DNA of 64,000 nt from an uncultured Bacillota bacterium (lineage in GTDB: Bacteria; Sysuimicrobiota; Sysuimicrobiia; Sysuimicrobiales; Segetimicrobiaceae). Below are positions 60,652 through 64,000 of the stretch, one piece after another; the first letter of the stretch is position 1, and every line of letters starts with the position of its first letter. Below the pieces are notes generated by a model. That model saw nothing but the letters and a program-made list of their open reading frames with translations, was not told the origin of the DNA and did no database searches. Location: assembly GCA_963804645.1 (NCBI GenBank), contig CAWDRG010000009.1, positions 1,312,001 to 1,376,000 of the forward strand, given 5' to 3'. A program made the translations under genes and the position numbers.

Positions 60652-62004
60652 CTACCGGCCCGCCTGGGCCGCCGCGCGGAGGATCGCCGCGAGACTGCGG
60701 TCGATGTCTCGTTCGGTCGTGGCCCACGACGACACGCTGAGACGCATCGCCGCCTCGTTTCGCCACAGCGTCCCCCCCGCCCAGCACGTGCCGTCCGCCT
60801 GCACGGCCTCGATCACGCGGCGGGTGGCCTCCGAGTCTCCGAAGGAGACGAGCACTTGGTTTAGGACGACGTCGTTCAGCACACGATAGCCGGCACGGCG
60901 CAGCCCCTCGGCGAAGCGGCCCGCGTAGCAGCAGGTCCGCTCGACGAGATCGGCGAGACCGGACCGGCCGAGATGTCGCAGTGCGGCCCACACCTCGACG
61001 GCGCGGGCCCGGCGCGACATCTCCGGCGTGTGAAGGTGCGGCTCTCGGCCCGTCTGTTGGACCAAGTAGGCCGCGCTCGCCGCCATCGACGCCTTCAGCG
61101 CGGCTCCGTCGCGCACGAACGCGATGCCGCTGTCATACGGCACGTTGAGCCACTTGTGGGCGTCCAGCGCCCATGAATCTGCGAGGTCGACGTCCTCCGT
61201 GAGATGCGCCCGCGAGGGGGCGGCGGCGGCCCAGAGCCCGAATGCTCCGTCGACATGGATCCAGGCGCCGGCTCGGCGCGCAATGGGACAGATCTCTCGA
61301 GCGGGGTCGAACGCGCCACTATTCACATTGCCCGCCTGAAGGCAGAGGATCGCCGGGGCCGCGAACGCCGGCAGCGCGTCCGCCCGCATGCGCCCCTCAC
61401 CATCGACGGGCACTCGTACCACGCGGTCGCGACCCAGCCCGAGCAGCGTCAGCGCCTTCAGCAGGCTCACATGAACGTGGTCCCCAACTACGACGGTGAT
61501 CGGTGGTGCGCCGAACAATCCCTGCGCTTCGACGTCCCACCCGGCGCGTGCCAGCACCGCGTGGCGAGCGGCTGCGAGCGCGGTGAGATTCGCCATCGTG
61601 GCGCCGGTGACGAACGCGCCCGCGGTTCCTTGCGGCAGGGCTAGTACGTCGACCAACCAGCCGAGCGCGATTTCTTCGAGCGCCGACGCGATCGGGGAGC
61701 TGACCGTGAGACCGGCGTTTTGGTCCCACGCACCGGCGAGCCAGTTCGCCGCCACCGTGACGGGCAGCGCTCCTCCAACCACGAAGCCGAAGTACCGGCC
61801 ACCGGCCGAGGCGACGGTGGCCGGCGAGCCGAGGTCGTCGAGCAGCGCGAGGACCGCTTCCGGGTCGGTCGGCCCGTTCGGCAGCGGACCTCCTAAGTCC
61901 CTAAGGCGTGAGATGGCGGCCGCAGTCGGCGACACGCGGCGGTCGCCGAGTCCCCGCAGGTACCGTACTCCACGTTCGGCCGCGTTCGCGAGTAGATCTC
62001 CCAT
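60652..62004 (-). CDS. PLP-dependent decarboxylase (group II)
   Basis: RYFGFV.GG, WDQN, HVDGAFG, DSWALDAHKWLNVPYD and LNQV motifs. Confidence 0.9.
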   Translation of the reverse strand: MGDLLANAAERGVRYLRGLGDRRVSPTAAAISRLRDLGGPLPNGPTDPEAVLALLDDLGSPATVASAGGRYFGFVVGGALPVTVAANWLAGAWDQNAGLTVSSPIASALEEIALGWLVDVLALPQGTAGAFVTGATMANLTALAAARHAVLARAGWDVEAQGLFGAPPITVVVGDHVHVSLLKALTLLGLGRDRVVRVPVDGEGRMRADALPAFAAPAILCLQAGNVNSGAFDPAREICPIARRAGAWIHVDGAFGLWAAAAPSRAHLTEDVDLADSWALDAHKWLNVPYDSGIAFVRDGAALKASMAASAAYLVQQTGREPHLHTPEMSRRARAVEVWAALRHLGRSGLADLVERTCCYAGRFAEGLRRAGYRVLNDVVLNQVLVSFGDSEATRRVIEAVQADGTCWAGGTLWRNEAAMRLSVSSWATTERDIDRSLAAILRAAAQAGR

Positions 62005-62082
62005 ACGGCGCACACCTCCGGAGCCGCAGATTCTGCGGAGCGGTGGCTTCCTGACCGCTTGCGCGGAACCCTTCCCGATTGA

Positions 62083-62112
62083 TTGACACTGGCGAATAGC
62101 GGTCCGTATAAT
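62083..62112 (+). promoter_or_regulatory. consensus sigma70 promoter of tRNA-Leu
   Basis: TTGACA-18 bp-TATAAT. Confidence 0.85.
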
Positions 62113-62149
62113 GAGGAGGCCCTGCTGGGAAGGCAGGGCCTTTCTCCGC

Positions 62150-62235
62150 GCCGGGATGGCGGAATCTGGCAGACGCGCACGTTTGAGGGGCGTGTGGGGA
62201 AACCCGTGGGGGTTCAAATCCCCCTCCCGGCACCA
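62150..62235 (+). tRNA. tRNA-Leu(GAG)
   Basis: GCCGGGA/TCCCGGC acceptor stem, anticodon loop TTGAGGG (GAG at 62185-62187), long variable arm, GGTTCAAATCC T-arm, encoded CCA. Confidence 0.96.
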
Positions 62236-62512
62236 GTTCTACTCACCACATCCGCATTCAGATTGAGTAAGCGTGCCGTGCATCTCACCCGGCGGGCCCG
62301 CACCGCGAGACGGACGACCGGAAGGTGTTGGTGAAGCGGCGGCGAACGTTCCTGCCTACCACGGCTTCAGGCAGGGGCAGAATCTTAGTTTGCGGCCGAT
62401 TTCGTCGCGGGCTGGTGCAGTTGTGAGTGGCCTGCGACAGAATCCGCGAGACGACAATCGCGGGGTACAAAGCGGGCCATCAGAGATCGTGAATTTGAAG
62501 GGGGACCATGTC

Positions 62513-63058
62513 GTGCAACGTATTCAGCCGGTCGATGAACAGAGCGTTTCGCCGATCGTCCAACAGGCGTTTGCGGATGCGGCGCGGCGTGGCGCCCCCA
62601 ACCCCACGTTGTTGCGAATTCTCGCACGCCACCCCGTGGCGCTGAATGCATTTTACGCTGGATGGCAGTCCACGTTCTACGATGGGATCGTTGAACATAC
62701 GCTGAAAGAACTGATGCGCGTGCGGATGGCGCGGCTCAGGAACTGTGGTTATTGAAGCGGAGTCCGCTCTGCCGTGGCAGAGCACATGGGACTCACCGAC
62801 GCTAAGATTGAAGCGACCTGGGATCCTGGCGATCCGATTTTTACACCCCGCGAGCGGGCCGCGCTCGAAATGGCATCGTTATTCACTGAAGACTATCGTG
62901 CGATCACAGATCAACACGTGCAACGCTGGAAGGAGTGGTTCAGCGACGAGGAACTGATCGAGCTTGGAGCATTCATGGCCTTGGCCGATGGATTCGGCAA
63001 GCTCGTGGAAATGTTGGGGTTGGGTCAATACGATCAGCACTGCGAATACGAGATATAG
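62513..63058 (+). CDS. AhpD/carboxymuconolactone decarboxylase-like selenoprotein (CxxU; Sec at 62753-62755)
   Basis: GAAGGGGG SD plus GTG; LKELMRVRMARLRNCGY-TGA continues in frame into FTPRERAALE...WFSDEELIEL; SECIS-like hairpin right after the TGA. Confidence 0.85.
62760..62794 (+). promoter_or_regulatory. bacterial SECIS element
   Basis: GAGTCC-GCTCTGC-[CGTG]-GCAGAGC-(ACATG bulge)-GGACTC; apical loop 17 nt after the UGA with G at loop position 2. Confidence 0.75.
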
Positions 63059-63156
63059 GGACGTCGGCCATTCGCCGATGGTCGAGTCACCGGCGAAAAT
63101 CGTGGAGTTGATCAGGAGGTCCTGGGCCCGGCGCTCTGCCGCGCATAGTTGCTCAA

Positions 63157-63420
63157 TTAGGCTACAAAATCGGCGCTTGGCAAATTGTCCAAATGCGAAA
63201 TCCCCCTCCCGGCACCATCGATCACGAACATTCCCGCGAGATTGCCGGTAATCCGAGCCACGAGATGCTTCTCCTCCCGGCGTAGGACAGTCGTGTCCAC
63301 AGCCAGGGACAGCATCTGCCGAGCGTCGTCCACGTTCGTTGACAGTGTAGCCCGCAGATCCCATAAATACCGCTCCATGACTGTTTGAACCGAGATAACC
63401 GGTGCCCGGCTGGCTTTGTG
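63157..63420 (-). pseudogene. C-terminal remnant of a probable large serine recombinase reading through the att site
   Basis: YLWDLRATLSTNVDDARQML...LVARITGNLAGMF..GAGRGI, where GAGRGI is encoded by the antisense tRNA 3' end; no catalytic domain seen. Confidence 0.5.
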
Positions 63421-63617
63421 TCGCGCACAGCTTGCTCCGTAGCTGCCATGCGTCGTTCGGCGTCCTCCAGCACCTGTTTGGTGGCGTGATGATACCAGAT
63501 CGAATTGGATTGTCGCGCCATCGATCAGAATCTGCGACTCGTGCCGCGGTTGCGCGACAACGCAGTGCAGCACGCGGAGGGCGCGGTGACAGAGGGCGAT
63601 TGGAAAGTCTCGTGCTT

Positions 63618-63726
63618 CTAGTGTCCTGAGTCGAAAGTTGCTTCCATAATTCTGAGTCCTGAGGCGCTGATAATACTGACGAATCTCACCGGACCATGTT
63701 AGCGGATCTCTAACTCAGGACACTAG
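63618..63726. mobile_element. 109-bp miniature IS630-derived element (MITE-like)
   Basis: Perfect 14-bp inverted ends CTAGTGTCCTGAGT / ACTCAGGACACTAG; right end encodes RISNSGH* as in IS630 transposase C-termini. Confidence 0.75.
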
Positions 63727-64000
63727 GTGGTCTTGCTGCCGTTGCTCATGGGACTACCTAATCGTAGTGGCCGGGCCGACAGGCAACTCCGGCAGTGCGC
63801 CGGAAGGAGCGCCTGCCCGGTTTCTCGAAGGTCCGATCCATCTCGATTTCCGCTGGGGTGCTGTCATACGAATGCAGTTCCGACCGTCGTTCAATACGGG
63901 ACGGAATTTCATGGCTCGCTGTCGCGATGTCGGCAGGGGCAGCGTTCGCCGAACCGTATCGCGTGTCGCGGTTGCGATCGCTTGCTGTTGCCTATCCGCA

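Larger units (their letters stand above)
62216..63217. mobile_element. tRNA-Leu-integrated islet bounded by 20-bp direct repeats (attL/attR)
   Basis: AAATCCCCCTCCCGGCACCA at 62216-62235 and 63198-63217; lower GC inside. Confidence 0.8.

Noticed and set aside
62118..62142. Hairpin AGGCCCTGC/GCAGGGCCT before tRNA-Leu as a separate ncRNA
   Set aside because: Most simply part of the pre-tRNA leader; too short to support an independent call.
1..64000. CRISPR arrays, rRNA genes or defence systems
   Set aside because: No regularly spaced repeats, rRNA-like sequence or recognisable defence genes were seen.

Overview
This is a high-GC bacterial chromosome segment, mostly core metabolism on the + strand. 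Gene content is Terrabacteria-like (T-box, HisR, yvlD-rapZ-yvcK, DUF881/sbp, Thermus-type V/A-ATPase); Armatimonadota/Sysuimicrobiota is a tentative guess. In order it contains: a Leu T-box-controlled ilvBNC-leuA-leuB-panE operon; a TrpR-like HisR (YerC) gene and a HisR-operator-controlled hisZGDBHAF(IE) operon; a cNMP-TrxB fusion; two S9 peptidases around pduO; a TCA cluster (3-subunit Sdh1-like, icd, mdh, sucCD); yvlD-rapZ-yvcK; a membrane-arm-only nuoAHJKLMN cluster; a V/A-type ATPase operon; a bacterial Clp1 kinase; gap-pgk-tpi-secG; and tRNA-Leu(GAG), where an accessory, lower-GC integration hotspot begins. Highlights: (1) an AhpD/CMD-like selenoprotein (C-G-Y-U, in-frame TGA plus SECIS hairpin) that the ORF track splits in two, inside a ~1 kb islet bounded by 20-bp tRNA-Leu att repeats; (2) a 180-aa mini-intein in V-ATPase subunit B with flanking codon-usage tracts; (3) a complex I cluster lacking all peripheral subunits; (4) unexplained structured leaders upstream of the T-box and of the V-ATPase operon; (5) a HisD with swapped Zn ligands; (6) two coupled mini-ORFs where leuCD would be expected; (7) an IS630-derived miniature element. 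gap and pgk each carry a +1 homopolymer frameshift, probably a sequencing error. All family assignments are from motif recognition; no database searches were run.
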